64,000 nucleotides of DNA from Octopus vulgaris. Lineage: Eukaryota. The notes below the pieces were generated by a model. That model had not been told where the DNA came from, made no database searches, and saw nothing but the letters and a program-made list of their open reading frames with translations. The stretch covers positions 186,001-250,000 of the forward strand of contig OX597816.1 of assembly GCA_951406725.2 (NCBI GenBank). Direction: 5' to 3'. Below, piece after piece: positions 52,613 through 64,000 of this stretch. A program made the translations under genes and the position numbers. Position 1 is the first letter of the stretch. Every line of letters starts with the position of its first letter.

Positions 52613-54239
52613 GTTTGTATTTTCAGTATTTTAGATCTGTTTTCCCAGCTCGCTTGGGTTGAGTGGGTTAATATGGTCTGAGTGAATTTTTATTCAGTTT
52701 CTGCCCTTCTTAACAGGAAGACGACCACACTAGTTGTCTTATTTGTCAGAGTTTCTACCTGTCCTTCCTAACACCAACCACTCTACAGAGTGTATCAAAT
52801 GCATTTCATTGTTGCCCCAGCACTACAAAGGTTGTCATCTTTTCAACAAGACTAAAAGCGTCTTCTCAATCACCACCACCAGCACCATCCATAATCACAA
52901 TGACCAACAGCATCACCCTTCGGTCACCTCTTACAATACCTGGGAACACAGATATACAGTAAGCTGGAAATGTTTTTCAAATAGTTTAACATTTATTTCT
53001 TAATAAGCTGTTGACCCAAGATGGTTTTATTTTGGAGATGAACATTAAAAAAATTGGTAATGATACGTCAGTTGTCTGATTTTAATAACATATCAACAGG
53101 ATCAGAATCACTTAGCAGTTATAGTCTTGCCTTACACTTACTTTGAAGTGAAGTCTAAGAGACCCTTGTTGTTCATTTATTTATTTATTTAGGTCAAAGT
53201 AATTTGTGGAAGGAGTGCAGACAGTCAAATTGAAAGGTTATCATATAAGTGTTTGAGAAGTTGATTGTTCAGATCTCATTCACAGGCACTGCTTTGTATC
53301 TGGGGTTTAAAACAATTTGTTATCAAATGGTAGAGGCAGGCCACCTATCTGAAATATAATGGTGGGGTGGCGTTGGCAAGATAGGAACAACATGATGTCA
53401 TCTATAACAACAACAGTGTCCAACTGACAAATGGTTTGTTTGCTTTCTGTACCGAGTCCAGATCCTTGTGTAATGGGCTCAAAGAGAGGATTTGGTGCTT
53501 CCCAACGAGCACATGGTTTCAGGTTCAGTCTCACTGCATGGCAACATTGGGCAAATGTTTTCCACTATAGTCTTGTGAATGGATTTGGTAGATAGAAACT
53601 GAAAGGAGCCTTTAAAGTGTGTGTGTGTCTCTGCCCTTGTACTAGCCTCAGGTAATGTTTGAGTAAGTGTCACTGTCACGCAAGCAGTGTCATTTGTTTC
53701 CAGTCTTCCATGGAAACATATCCAACCAAGGATAAATATCAACATGCTTGGAAACAAGTGAAGATTGGTGACAGGGAGAGCACCTGGCCATACAAAATCT
53801 TCCTCAGTGTATTCCATCTGATCCATGCAAGCATGGGAAAGTGAAATTTAAAGTGGTGCTGATAATGATCTCATCTATAATCCAAATGTTTCTCATCAAT
53901 GCATCGTATAGATTCTTCTAATCACAAAACATTGACTAATTGACTCGATTATCTGCTGATGTGTAAATCAACGAAGAACAGAAAGAAGTTGTTGAAGTAA
54001 TAATCCTTGTTACTATGGTGATCTGGGCTGCACAGGTGGGAGTTTCTCTTAAATCATTATAATTATTGTTGTAGGTGAAGCAGATATGATATTGTAGTAG
54101 TGGACAATATCTAGGATGAAAGGATTAGTCGAATAATTAGTTGTAAATAATAATTGTATAGATGAGATGAAAATATGAAACTGTGGACAGAGATTATGTT
54201 TAGGACTTAGTGTTACCATTTTTGCCCTGTGTGCTATAT

Positions 54240-54668
54240 ATCAAATCAAAATCGAAATCGATGAACATCAATGGAATTTGTAGTTTGTGGTACCAGTGCC
54301 GGTGGCACATAAGAGAACCATCCGAACATGGCCGTAGCCAGCACCGCATCGACTGGACTCCGTGCTGGTGGCACGTAACAAACACCATCCGATCGTGGCC
54401 ATGCCAGCCTCGCCTGGCCTCCGTGCCGGTGGCATGTAAAAAGCACCATCCGAGCGTAGCCATTCGCCAGCCTTGTCTGGCACCTGTGTCGGTGGCACAT
54501 AAAAAGCACTCACTACACTCACGGAGTGGTTGGCGTTAGGAAGGGCATCCAGCTGTAGAAACACCGCCAGATCTGACTGGCCTGGTGCAGCCTTCGGGCT
54601 TCCCAGACCCCAGTTGAACCGTCCAACCCATGCTAGCATGGAAAGCAGATGTTAAACGATGATGATGA
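54240..54668 (+). mobile_element. RTE 3'UTR fragment with four tandem units and (GAT)n tail
   Basis: Closely similar to 33630-33982. Confidence 0.85.
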
Positions 54669-54763
54669 TAGTTAATCCAAACATGAAAACACAAAGAGAA
54701 AACACAACAATGTGAGGACGTGGAACAAGTATAGTATTATTGGACGCTCAGGAAAGAAGGAGG

Positions 54764-54798
54764 GTTTAACGTTTCGAGCGGAGCTCTTCGTCAGAAAC
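54764..54798 (-). ncRNA. Minimal type I hammerhead ribozyme motif, intact
   Basis: Minus strand GTTT-CTGACGA-A-GAGC(tcc)GCTC-GAAA-CG-TT-AAAC, with all core positions and both helices perfect. Confidence 0.8.
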
Positions 54799-54929
54799 AT
54801 AGGAAAAGGAAAGATCCGAAGACAGAGGAAAAAAAAATCGCCAACAGTACACACGCGGTCACATTTTGAATGACCGGAAGGGAATGGGTGAAGAAAAAGT
54901 TCTTTCAAAGGCAGGAGAGTGCAAAAGGA

Positions 54930-55735
54930 GATATGTGTGTGTAAGTGTGGATATGTACATGCGCGCAGGTCTGCGTGTGTGTGTGTATGTGTGCAATGAT
55001 AACACGTGTGTGTGTGGTTGTGGCTGTTAATCTATGTGTGTGGTAGGGCTTAGTATTGTTTAAGGTCAAGGAAGAATGAATTAGGAGTGGCTCTTGTGTC
55101 TACCTACCCATGTGCGTAGAAGAATGGTCAGTGGAAGGTACTGGTAGTTTGAAGTATGTGTGTGTGTGTGCGTGTATGTATATGTATTGTGTGTATGTTT
55201 TTGTATGTATGTGTATGCGTAGAGTTTGTGTGTGGCAAATAAGTGTACTTTAGTTTGTGTATGTGTGCTTGTATGTGCGTATGTGTATATACATGTATGT
55301 ATAATTGTGTGTATGAGTGTGTATGGGATGTATATGTGGATTCATTTGTGTGTGTATGTGCGTGCATGTGTATATATGTGTGTGTGAACGTGGAGATGTG
55401 TGTCAGGTTGTGTGCATTTTGTTGTGTGTATGCACGTGTGCTTGACTATGTGCATGTATGTGGTTGTGTGTACGTTTATATGTGTGTGTGTGTGTGTGTC
55501 TGTGTGTGCGTGGGGTTGGGTGGGATAGGTTTCTGTACATTCCTCTGTGTGTGTGTGTACGTTTGTATACGTGTGTGTGTGTACGTGCATATGTGTGTGT
55601 GCGCATGGGTGTGTGTGGGTGGGTGTATATGTGTATGTTTGCGTGTGTGTATATGTGCATGTATGTATGTTGTATGTGTGGTGTGTGGGAGGTATGTGTG
55701 TTTCATGGATACGTGAGTGTGTGTGTGTTCGTGTA
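54930..55735. repeat. Degenerate (TG/TA)n low-complexity tract
   Basis: About 800 bp of imperfect dinucleotide repeat, the source of the C/V and H/T ORFs. Confidence 0.95.
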
Positions 55736-56329
55736 TAAAAACAATAATTTATAAAACCATAAATTATAAACAATAAAAAAACAAAAAATTATAACAATAA
55801 AATTATAAAAACAATAAAATATAAGGAAGTTGATCCAATATAAAAGACATAATTGCACGTAAGGAATGAAAAATGAAAAAAGGGAGAGAAAAAGAGAAGA
55901 GAAGAGAAGAAAGAAGAAATAAAGTTGCTTGTTGCGGGAGGTGTAGAGGCAGTCACTAAGAAGAGGGGGCTGTGTTAAGTCCGTGCGGGATATTAGTCTG
56001 TGAATTGAATATATATAGGGCTGTTCCAGATGAAGCCTGGATTGTGGCAATCCATTGTGTAGAGCCTAGACCAAACACAGAGATGTTAGAGGGAGAATGG
56101 TTGGTTAAGCATCCCGCAGAGGTTGCATTTTATACAGTAAATAACCCTTACTAGCACTGCAAATATAAACTGAATATATCATAGTTTTGAAGTAAAAATC
56201 TGTCCCACTCACCTGTCTAAAGATTTTAATGTTAAAGGTAACAAATTTCATTGAAATTTATTGTTTTATATAAGAATATATTTATATATTCTTACTACTA
56301 TCGTCAGCAGTAGCAGCGACATTTTATCG

Positions 56330-56540
56330 TGTGTCTGAAAATTTATTTGGTTTCTTCTTGACCACTTCTTCCCCTCTGTCCATGTTTATGCCTCTCATGA
56401 CTAATGAGGTCGATTCTTGCATGGAAGTGTCTGTTGCAAAGTTCACTCGGGATCCATGGTCGAGGCTTCGGTTGTTGCAGCCTCCATGTGAGAGTAAGAA
56501 AGCAAATAGCCAGCCAATGTATTCTGTCAGGCTTGGCCAA
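56330..56540 (-). mobile_element. RTE/BovB-like C-terminal zinc-finger fragment
   Basis: LCNRHFHARIDLISHERHKH resembles the terminal C..C.R.F.ARIGL.SH.R.H motif. Confidence 0.5.
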
Positions 56541-57982
56541 CTCAAATTACATTTGCAGGCCACTTTAATCACAGAGAGTTTTTTGATGGCCGCTTGTATA
56601 CTTTATGCACTAATAGCCAAATAATCAAATTACAGAATCAAGAATTATTCATACTTTCCATTTGTTTAAAATCATAAAATTGCAAGCTATGGCTTTATTG
56701 CCTCTCATAAACCTTAAGTTATCCTAGCGAAAACAGTAGTATCTTTCTTTTTTATTTTTCATTACAATCTTTAATTTTTGATAAAAAATTTTTAAATGTT
56801 TATTTAAATAAACCCATTTCAAGAAAGTATCAAGCGATCCACAAGATAAACGTGTGTGGGCCACATGCGGCCTGCGGGCCTCAGGTTGGTCAGCCCTGTA
56901 TTATGTTGTCACTTGTGTGGTTAGTGGAAGTGAGAGGTGAAGAGAAAGAGAAGAATATTAAAGGCATGAAGAGGAGAGTTACATGGTTAAAAAGTTTGTT
57001 GAAGTGGTAGAGAGAAAGAGAGGAAGATAAAGTGCTTTGTAGCACGGAATTTCAAAATCATATAATATATTATTCTAACTGAAAGTGAAATGAATTAACA
57101 AAATAAAAATATAAATCATCCTTTCTTTCTCAAATAGCTTCTCTTAATCTTTTTCATTCTCTGGAATGTCCACAGGTCCTACTTGTGTGTATATATATAT
57201 ATATATATACATATTTAATGTCCAAATTCCATGCTGACATGGGTTGGATGGCCTGACAGGAGCTAGGCAAGTCAGAGAGCTGTACTAGGTTCCATTATAT
57301 GCTTCTGGATGGTTTCTATGACTGGATGCCCCTCCTAATGCCAATCCCTTTACAGTGTGTGCTGGGTGCTTTTTACATGGCACCAACACCTGCAGGGTTG
57401 CCAAGTAATTTGCGTGGCAAAAAGTGGAACTGAGGGAGATGGTTTTGTACCAGCTGAGAGGTTAAAGTATAGTAGAGGGATGGTAATGGGTGTCACTTGG
57501 CTACGTCAGTAGGAAAAAGGAGAAATAATAGGAAATTTAGAGAAAAATATGATGATGTGGCAGTGTGTGGGGGGGTCATAAGTGGTAAAGGGGGATGAAG
57601 GAGAATGTTCCATAAGACTGTGGAAGGAGATGTTTAGAGATGAGGAAGAGGTGTCTATACAGGCACACACTCACACATAAAAATGATGAGCTTCTTTAGT
57701 TTGTCTACGAAATCCATTGACAATGTTTTGGTGAAGCCAAGGCTATAGCAGAAGACACTCAAGAGCTACACAGTGGTTGAGAAACCAGCTTCTTGACCAT
57801 GCAGCCACTTCTGCCTCTATAATGAGTTTAAATTTGTCTTTTCTAGTATATAGTCATAAACAGCTATGATTGAAAGATATGCTTCTTTGAATTATTTTCA
57901 TCTTTTGAGGTATTTTACATTTGTTTTGATTTCTGTAGCCCTCATTTTCCCATTTAAAGAAAAAATTTCTTTCTCTCATCAG

Positions 57983-58135
57983 ACAAAACGAATGTTGGTT
58001 GAAAAAATGGGTCAAGAAGCAGTAGAACTGGGTCATGGAGAAGTAAACATCACAGGAGTGGAAGAAAATACTCTTATTGCTAGTCTCTGTGACCTTCTGG
58101 AGAGAATCTGGAGTCATGGCTTATTGACAAAGAAG
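57983..58135 (+). CDS. DENND5: DENND5 exon F (start of RUN1 domain)
   Basis: catcag|ACA AAA CGA gives [51 protein letters not shown]|gtaagt, nearly identical to recalled vertebrate DENND5. Confidence 0.97.
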
Positions 58136-58202
58136 GTAAGTGAACCAAAGTTTGGAATTAGCCATACAATACTCTTCCTTTAACACACACACACACACAC
58201 AT

Positions 58203-58287
58203 AGGCAATTATACAGATATACAAGTTAAATATAACCTTGGGTTTGGTATGTATATATATATATATATGTATGTATATATATATATG

Positions 58288-58334
<47 letters not shown>

Positions 58335-58945
58335 ATACATGCAAAATGGGAGAAAGCAGGACTGAAGACAGTGGTTAATTAAGTATATAGATATTCATAT
58401 TAATAGATAAAGCTTAGAGGACAAACAGAGAAAATTAAAAGGGAAGCGGTAGGGTGTTATAAGTCCAACAGTTGTTTCTGGAAGCTTGGAGATCCATCAT
58501 AATGTTGGCAGATATAGTTCACCTCTATATGCAGGCTGAAATGGAAACACTCAACATTGGATAGATTGTGCGTCCGTCGTCAGGGTAGAAAACCATCTCT
58601 GCATCGTGATCTGTAATATAAGAGGTCCTTCTACCCTGATGGCAGACACTCAATCTATCCAATGTTGAGTGTTTCCATTTCAGCCTGCATATAGTGGTGA
58701 ACTACATCTGCCAACATTATGATGGATCTCCAAGCCCCCAGAAACTACCTTACCTCTTCCCCTTTCATTTCCTCTATCGTTTATACTCTGTGTAAGTTTC
58801 CTCTATTAATATAAATATCTATATCTTTATAGTTAAGTGTCCATTGTTTTCAGTCTTTCTCTCATTTTGCGAGTGTACATATATACATATTTTGTATATC
58901 AAATCCAAGCTATAATATTCAATTTGTTTATCTGTATAATTGCCT
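58203..58945. repeat. ~740-bp foldback element immediately downstream of exon F
   Basis: Core 58474-58590 vs 58629-58745 is reverse-complementary (about 108/117) with a 38-nt loop. Outer ends aggcaattatacagata / tatctgtataattgcct. Confidence 0.9.
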
Positions 58946-60769
58946 CTATATCTGCTCAACTTTATTCCTCTTATAACTACTCTTTACTTCGAAGAATTGT
59001 TCTCTCATAAAAACATTAGAGTTTAAGTTTGAATTATTGAGAGCTATTAAGTGTTTTCTATACTGAGAAATCTCTGGATCTCATCTGTTAACTATATATT
59101 TTGAAGATTTACTTAAGTTTTTGTAATATGGCCCTCAAATCTATAAGTGAGAAATAACTTAGCAGAAATTTATATTTAGATTTGTAGGGGGTTTAGCACT
59201 TGGAAAAGGAAAGCATGCTTTAATGGGTGCAATTTCATTCAGCATGGAAGAGACAAACAAGGGAATCCTCATGGTTTGTGTTTACACCTTGCTAATTAGC
59301 AGAAGCTTTGTTATTTTCAGTCATAAACTCAAAACCATGTGGCCACTCATTTTTGCATCTTCTTCGGATACAGTCAAATGAAATCTTGCCTGCTAAGGTG
59401 TAAATTTGGGCCCAAAGGGTTAAACTGGTTCAACCATCAAAATATTGCACAGGTTATAAGGCATTGTTAATTTGAGCAGAAAACCCAAGTAGATTTGATA
59501 CCGTTGGTTTGAAATCTGGATCTGTTAGCCCTACACACTAAAGTTAGTGGTTTCTATTTAAGCAGAGTGAGGAAATAAACAAAAACCATATGTTCCTTTG
59601 TGGCATTTTGCTTTGAAGGCTTTAGTTGATCAAAGAAATCCCAGTACTTATTTTGAAGTCTTATACTCATTCTATTAGTCTCTTTTTGCTGAACAGTTAA
59701 GTAACAAACCATCATTGGTTTTCATAGGGTCACACACACAGAGTGAACTTTGGACAGTTTCCATTTACCAAATTCAGGCTCAAAGCATTGGTCTATCCAA
59801 AGCCATGCTAGAAGACACTTGCCCAAAGGGGTAAGTGGGACTGAACCTGAAACTGTGTGGTTGTATAATAAATTCTTCCACCACATGGCTATTCTTGTGC
59901 TTGTATTAACCAAATTCCACTCACAAAATATCGATCAATCTGAGGTTATAGCAAAAGATCACTTATGGTGCTGCACAGTAGAATGAAACTTCATTATATA
60001 GTCACACCTGTTCATCACACCTGTAATTCCTTGAGGAGGGAGACAGTGAAAAATTAACAATGGGACGGATGCTGTAGACATAGATTGTAAATTTTTCTGT
60101 TCCTCCACCCTCCATTGGTTGGGATAAATTGTGCTGGAGAACATTGAAAAAGTATCAAGATGGTTTAGATATAAAAAGATATGGTAAGAATACATGTTTG
60201 TGTAGAGATGAGCTAATAGCTTAGAATCAATATAACAGGTGTAAGAGGAAATGAAGAGAGTTCTTTATCATGCCAGCTCTGATACACACAAATCAAACTG
60301 CTACAAAAGACACCGAAAGATATTTTACTTCCTATAGAGACCCAAAGTCTCTATCTGTCCATCTTGTTGATTTAAATTTTCATTGACTTTCTTGAATATT
60401 GCACAGATAGCAAAATTAGGTTAATATGTAGCTAAAGAACATTAGAAGTTCAATAGATACTCTTTTACCAAATAAATATAATTTATTTTAATGTTTGCTT
60501 ATCAGTTTTCCTTTTATTTTTCTTCATTATACAATAACTTGGTGTATTCTCAGTTCATTATTCTGTTCCATTCAATTTTATAAAATGTGCAATCAAGGCT
60601 AAACTGCAATTCGTTGGAGACATAAGTAAACATTGTGAAAAATATTGGAATGTTAGTTGATAGCATCTTGTTGAGAGAGAGACCACTTTAAAAGTTAGTA
60701 GCTTAAATTCTATTGTGTCAGCCAAGATTACAAGCTGTCTGTTATGGTTTATACACAGTCTCAATATGC

Positions 60770-61096
60770 TTAACCCTTTGTTACCATATTTCTACTGAAA
60801 TACACCATCTTTATATCAATTAATTTTGAAAATAACGAAAAATTTTGTAAAGCAACTTTACCATTATTAATTGTTTTTGTTACTATTGAAATCTGTTGAA
60901 ATATACTGGCCTTATTTCAATTAATTTTGAAAAGATTGAAGCGTTTAGTAAAATAACTTTGTCTTTATTAAGCCAGTGTTTGGAATGTAAATTAACAGAA
61001 AATTTTGATGGAAGATTTTAATTTAGATCACTTCAAATAGGGAGTTAGTATCACACAACCAATATTAGTCTTGGACAGGTTAGTATAAAGAGTTAA
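60770..61096. mobile_element. piggyBac-type non-autonomous MITE
   Basis: TTAA-ccctttgttacc ... gtataaagag-TTAA. Related copies at ~6700-7140, 14105-14346, 20009-20225 and 23907. Confidence 0.6.
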
Positions 61097-61929
61097 TCCT
61101 CAATATTTAGCTGTTTTGCAGTATTTTATTTACATTTTCACGAGAATGGACAGAGTGAGAGTTTCATCTCCAGAATAGAGAAATTCAGTTAAGTGTTTTT
61201 ATAGGAGAAAAGGTAGAAATATTAAGTGGGACAATATAGCAATGACAATTGTAAGAAAGCCAGTGACTATTATACGATATAGGCAGGTTATTGTTTGACT
61301 GTGAGGTTAGGTTTTGAGAATTTTAGTGTAATTTCTGACATGTGAAATACCTAGTAATTATTTCCTGCTTCGTTAAAAAAGCTAAAAAAAAATAAGACAA
61401 AATTGTTCCACTGATGTAAACTAGAAGTCTAATTATAATGAGTTTAAAAATTTAACATCAAAAGCTCTTTTGGTTTAAAAAGGTCTTTGTTTTATTATGA
61501 AATTATTGAGCAGTCTTTTCATTTTTCTTTTGTATTGCATTTATTAATTGTGCTGTGTGGTAACATCATCACACTGATTCTGCTTGAGGAATAAGTACAA
61601 ACATCAGGAATACTCAGCCATTTGCATATTAATTACTCAGTTAAGTGAATAACTAAATATTCGTCAGCAGAAACCAACTGAGAAGCATTTTATTCATCTT
61701 TCCAGGCAATTAGGAAACTCTTTTCTTTAATGGATAAAATGTTTGGAGTGATTTCTTCTTACTCTGTGTTTTGAGTTCAAATTCCTTTGGGGGTTGATCA
61801 AATATGTACCAGTTGAACACTGGAGTCAATGTAATTGACTTCCCCTATTTCCTCAAAATTGCTAGCCTTGTGTTAGAAATTACAAAGAACTATTATTATT
61901 ATTATTACCACTACTACACTCTGCTATAT

Positions 61930-62780
61930 ATGGTCTGATCAATAAACGTACTGTTGCTGTAGTAACAAAGCTAAAGCAGACAGAGTGAAGCCGTTTGGCA
62001 CAGATTGACCTTGAACTCAGTTGTGCATGCGCACTAAGTTTTAATGTTGTAGCTCACAAATTTTGCCAGAAGCTTGGCGATACCTGCTCAGAGGCCTTTA
62101 CAATGTTGCAAAAAGTGTATGGAGAGGAGTATTTGAGCCACACAAGTGGTTCAGACATTTCCAAGGTGGCTGAAAAAATGTCAGCATTGACAAACGTTCT
62201 GGGAGACCTGCAACCAGCAGAACTGAGAAAAATATTGCAGATGTGAATGCAGCTGTGGGGTGAAATCATTGAATCACCATCCATGAGTTATCAGAGGATG
62301 TGCAGATTAATTGCGGTTCAGTTCAGTCCATTATCACTGAAGATTTGGGTATGAGACTTGTGTCTGCCAAGTTTGTGCCAAAACTGCTTTCAGCTGACCA
62401 AGAAGACACTCAGGTTTCAGTTGCACAAGATCTCCTTGACTGTGTCGAGAACAATGGAAACTTTTTGAAAACAGTCATAACGGGTGATGAATTGTGGGTC
62501 TATGGCTCTGACCCCAAAACAAAGGTTCATTCGTTGCAGAAGAAAGCACGAGTCGAAGCAATGTGAATTGCACCCTGACAATGCACCTGTCCATTCAGTA
62601 GCATTTTTTGGCTAGACACTGCATTCCCTAAGTCTGACAGCTACTGTATTCCCCAGATCTTGCCCCTTGCAACCTTTTCCGTTTTCCAAAAATCAAATTC
62701 CGCTTGAAACAAAGAAGATTTCAGGATGTTGAGGAAATCAAAGTGAATGCAATGAGGCAGCTGCTGATTATCCCAGAAAA
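61930..62780 (+). mobile_element. Decayed mariner transposase
   Basis: KFCQKLG..EAFTMLQKVYGEE, SAKFVPKLL, VITGDELWVY, HPDNAPVH and YSPDLAP, with frameshifts. Confidence 0.88.
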
Positions 62781-63800
62781 CCTCCACCTTAGCAAAGGCA
62801 GAGGTATTATTTCCAGTTGTGTTTGTTTGTTTGTCTGTGGTCAAGATATCTCAAGAACTGCTGGATGGATTCAGATGAAATTCATCCAGGGATGTGACTG
62901 GCACAAACTGATTAGATTTGGGGATTGATCCAGTACCAGACAAGGATTCTGGATTATTTGTTATATTTACTTTACTTTACATGAAGCATTATGATCTTAC
63001 TTTCACTTTCAAGTCTTTCTCTGATTATCTCCCTTGAAAGCATGCTCATGGTTTTCCACATAAGTTATGGTGGCGTTACTATTTCCAAAGTTTTATTTTC
63101 GTTTCTCTATTATCAATTTTACTCACGTCTCTATCTTAGTAGAAACTGATAAAGAAATCAAACTACATAAGCAAACAGCAGCAAAACCGTTCAGAAATTA
63201 AATAACACTAACATATTCAGTAACAATAATAAATTTGATTTATCCTCGATAATTTTTAGTTTTACCAATTTTGAATATATTGCTCCTTTTTAAAACCTCT
63301 TACCTACTTGACAATTCTAGCTCTGCCTTCAAGGAAGCTTTACTTCTTGGACTCTTTACTTTTTTGTGCGCAACTATGTTGTTAAACCTCCGTTAACAGC
63401 ACCATATGCAGGTCCTTTCCGTTTTCTTTCATGCACGGATAAATTTTTCACTATAGACCTTAATGGTCATAAAGACACTATATTAGTGGATAGACTAAAA
63501 AAAGCTTTCATAGAGAAAACTGTCCCTGTCCCCATGCGGACAACACACACACACACACAGCATTACAAACATGGCCCGTACACCCACCTTCACATTCCAT
63601 GACTACCATTGGGATCAATCAGGTACCGAACAAGGATTCTGGATTATTTTTCTGAGAGCAGTCGGGTTCATTTTTAGTATTCTCATTTGTGAGAGCAGTC
63701 GAGTTTATTTCAGATATTCTCATTTTAAAAATCATCTCCAGCTAATTCTTGAGAGGACATTGGTGTTGCCTTGGCAGAAGTTTGCGCTCTCTGAGTGCTC

Positions 63801-63802
<2 letters not shown>
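62780..63802 (+). mobile_element. Non-autonomous Helentron-type (HINE/DINE-like) element with internal insert
   Basis: 5' acctccaccttagcaaaggcagaggt, (GTTT)n, 3' subterminal ccttggcagaag and terminal hairpin gcgctc-tct-gagtgc. Confidence 0.6.
63360..63540 (+). mobile_element. Gypsy LTR-retrotransposon integrase C-terminal (GPY/F) fragment
   Basis: VVKPPLTAPYAGPFRFLSCTDKFFTIDLNGHKDTILVDRLKKAF. Confidence 0.75.
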
Positions 63803-63832
<30 letters not shown>

Positions 63833-64000
63833 TGATGAAAACTCACAGCTTATTTTGCTGGGTATGATGGAAAGTGTCAGCTGTCCAGAGCCAGCAGACT
63901 AAGGTGACACTTGTTTACTGGTCATGCTTCAAGAACCCTGTGAAGAACTCTTGCAGTTCCAAGCAAAGCTGATTATTGTAGGTGTTCTACCTTTACATTT

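Larger units (their letters stand above)
54672..56150 (-). mobile_element. Penelope-like element 3' remnant (GIY-YIG endonuclease end, CA-rich UTR, hammerhead terminal repeat)
   Basis: Minus strand reads VIYCIKCNLCGML (~56145-56107), HSPSNISVFGL..RLHLEQ.YIYSI, and PHGLN (~55989-55975) with frameshifts. Hammerhead at 54764-54798. Confidence 0.75.

Noticed and set aside
55128-55773. Cys/Val- and His/Thr-rich ORFs (also at 3915, 15576, 30039, 49447)
   Set aside because: These are translations of (TG/CA)n microsatellites.
56850-56900. hAT-like terminal sequence (gcggcctgcgggcctcaggttggtcagccctg)
   Set aside because: Could not locate a matching opposite TIR or TSD, so the element cannot be delimited.
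58136-64000. Next DENND5 exon (expected GKSALWSHL) and exon upstream of 5728
   Set aside because: No matching peptide with splice sites was found by eye; presumably outside the window.

Overview
This is AT-rich, microsatellite-dense metazoan genomic DNA. The SINE and RTE families look coleoid cephalopod, probably Octopus (inference). The only host gene is six internal + strand exons of a DENND5A/5B (Rab6IP1-like) gene, covering the DENN core, dDENN and start of RUN1. They total about 1.54 kb of coding sequence with consistent GT-AG phases; the gene starts before and ends after the window. The introns are filled with RTE LINEs of several ages, a CR1/L2-type LINE, HERO, R4/Dong and Tx1 remnants, Tc1/mariner, piggyBac-type and Helentron-type DNA elements, and tRNA-derived SINEs. 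The most notable signal is a set of minimal hammerhead ribozyme motifs (CUGANGA-A-helix II-GAAA-CG-UH) in several different repeat families. One is a tRNA-headed, inverted-repeat SINE-like element present twice; another is a Penelope-like GIY-YIG remnant. Also present are long foldback structures, including a spacerless ~220-bp palindrome, and short locally templated insertions, one of which copies a DENND5 splice acceptor. All family calls come from motif recognition, not database searches.
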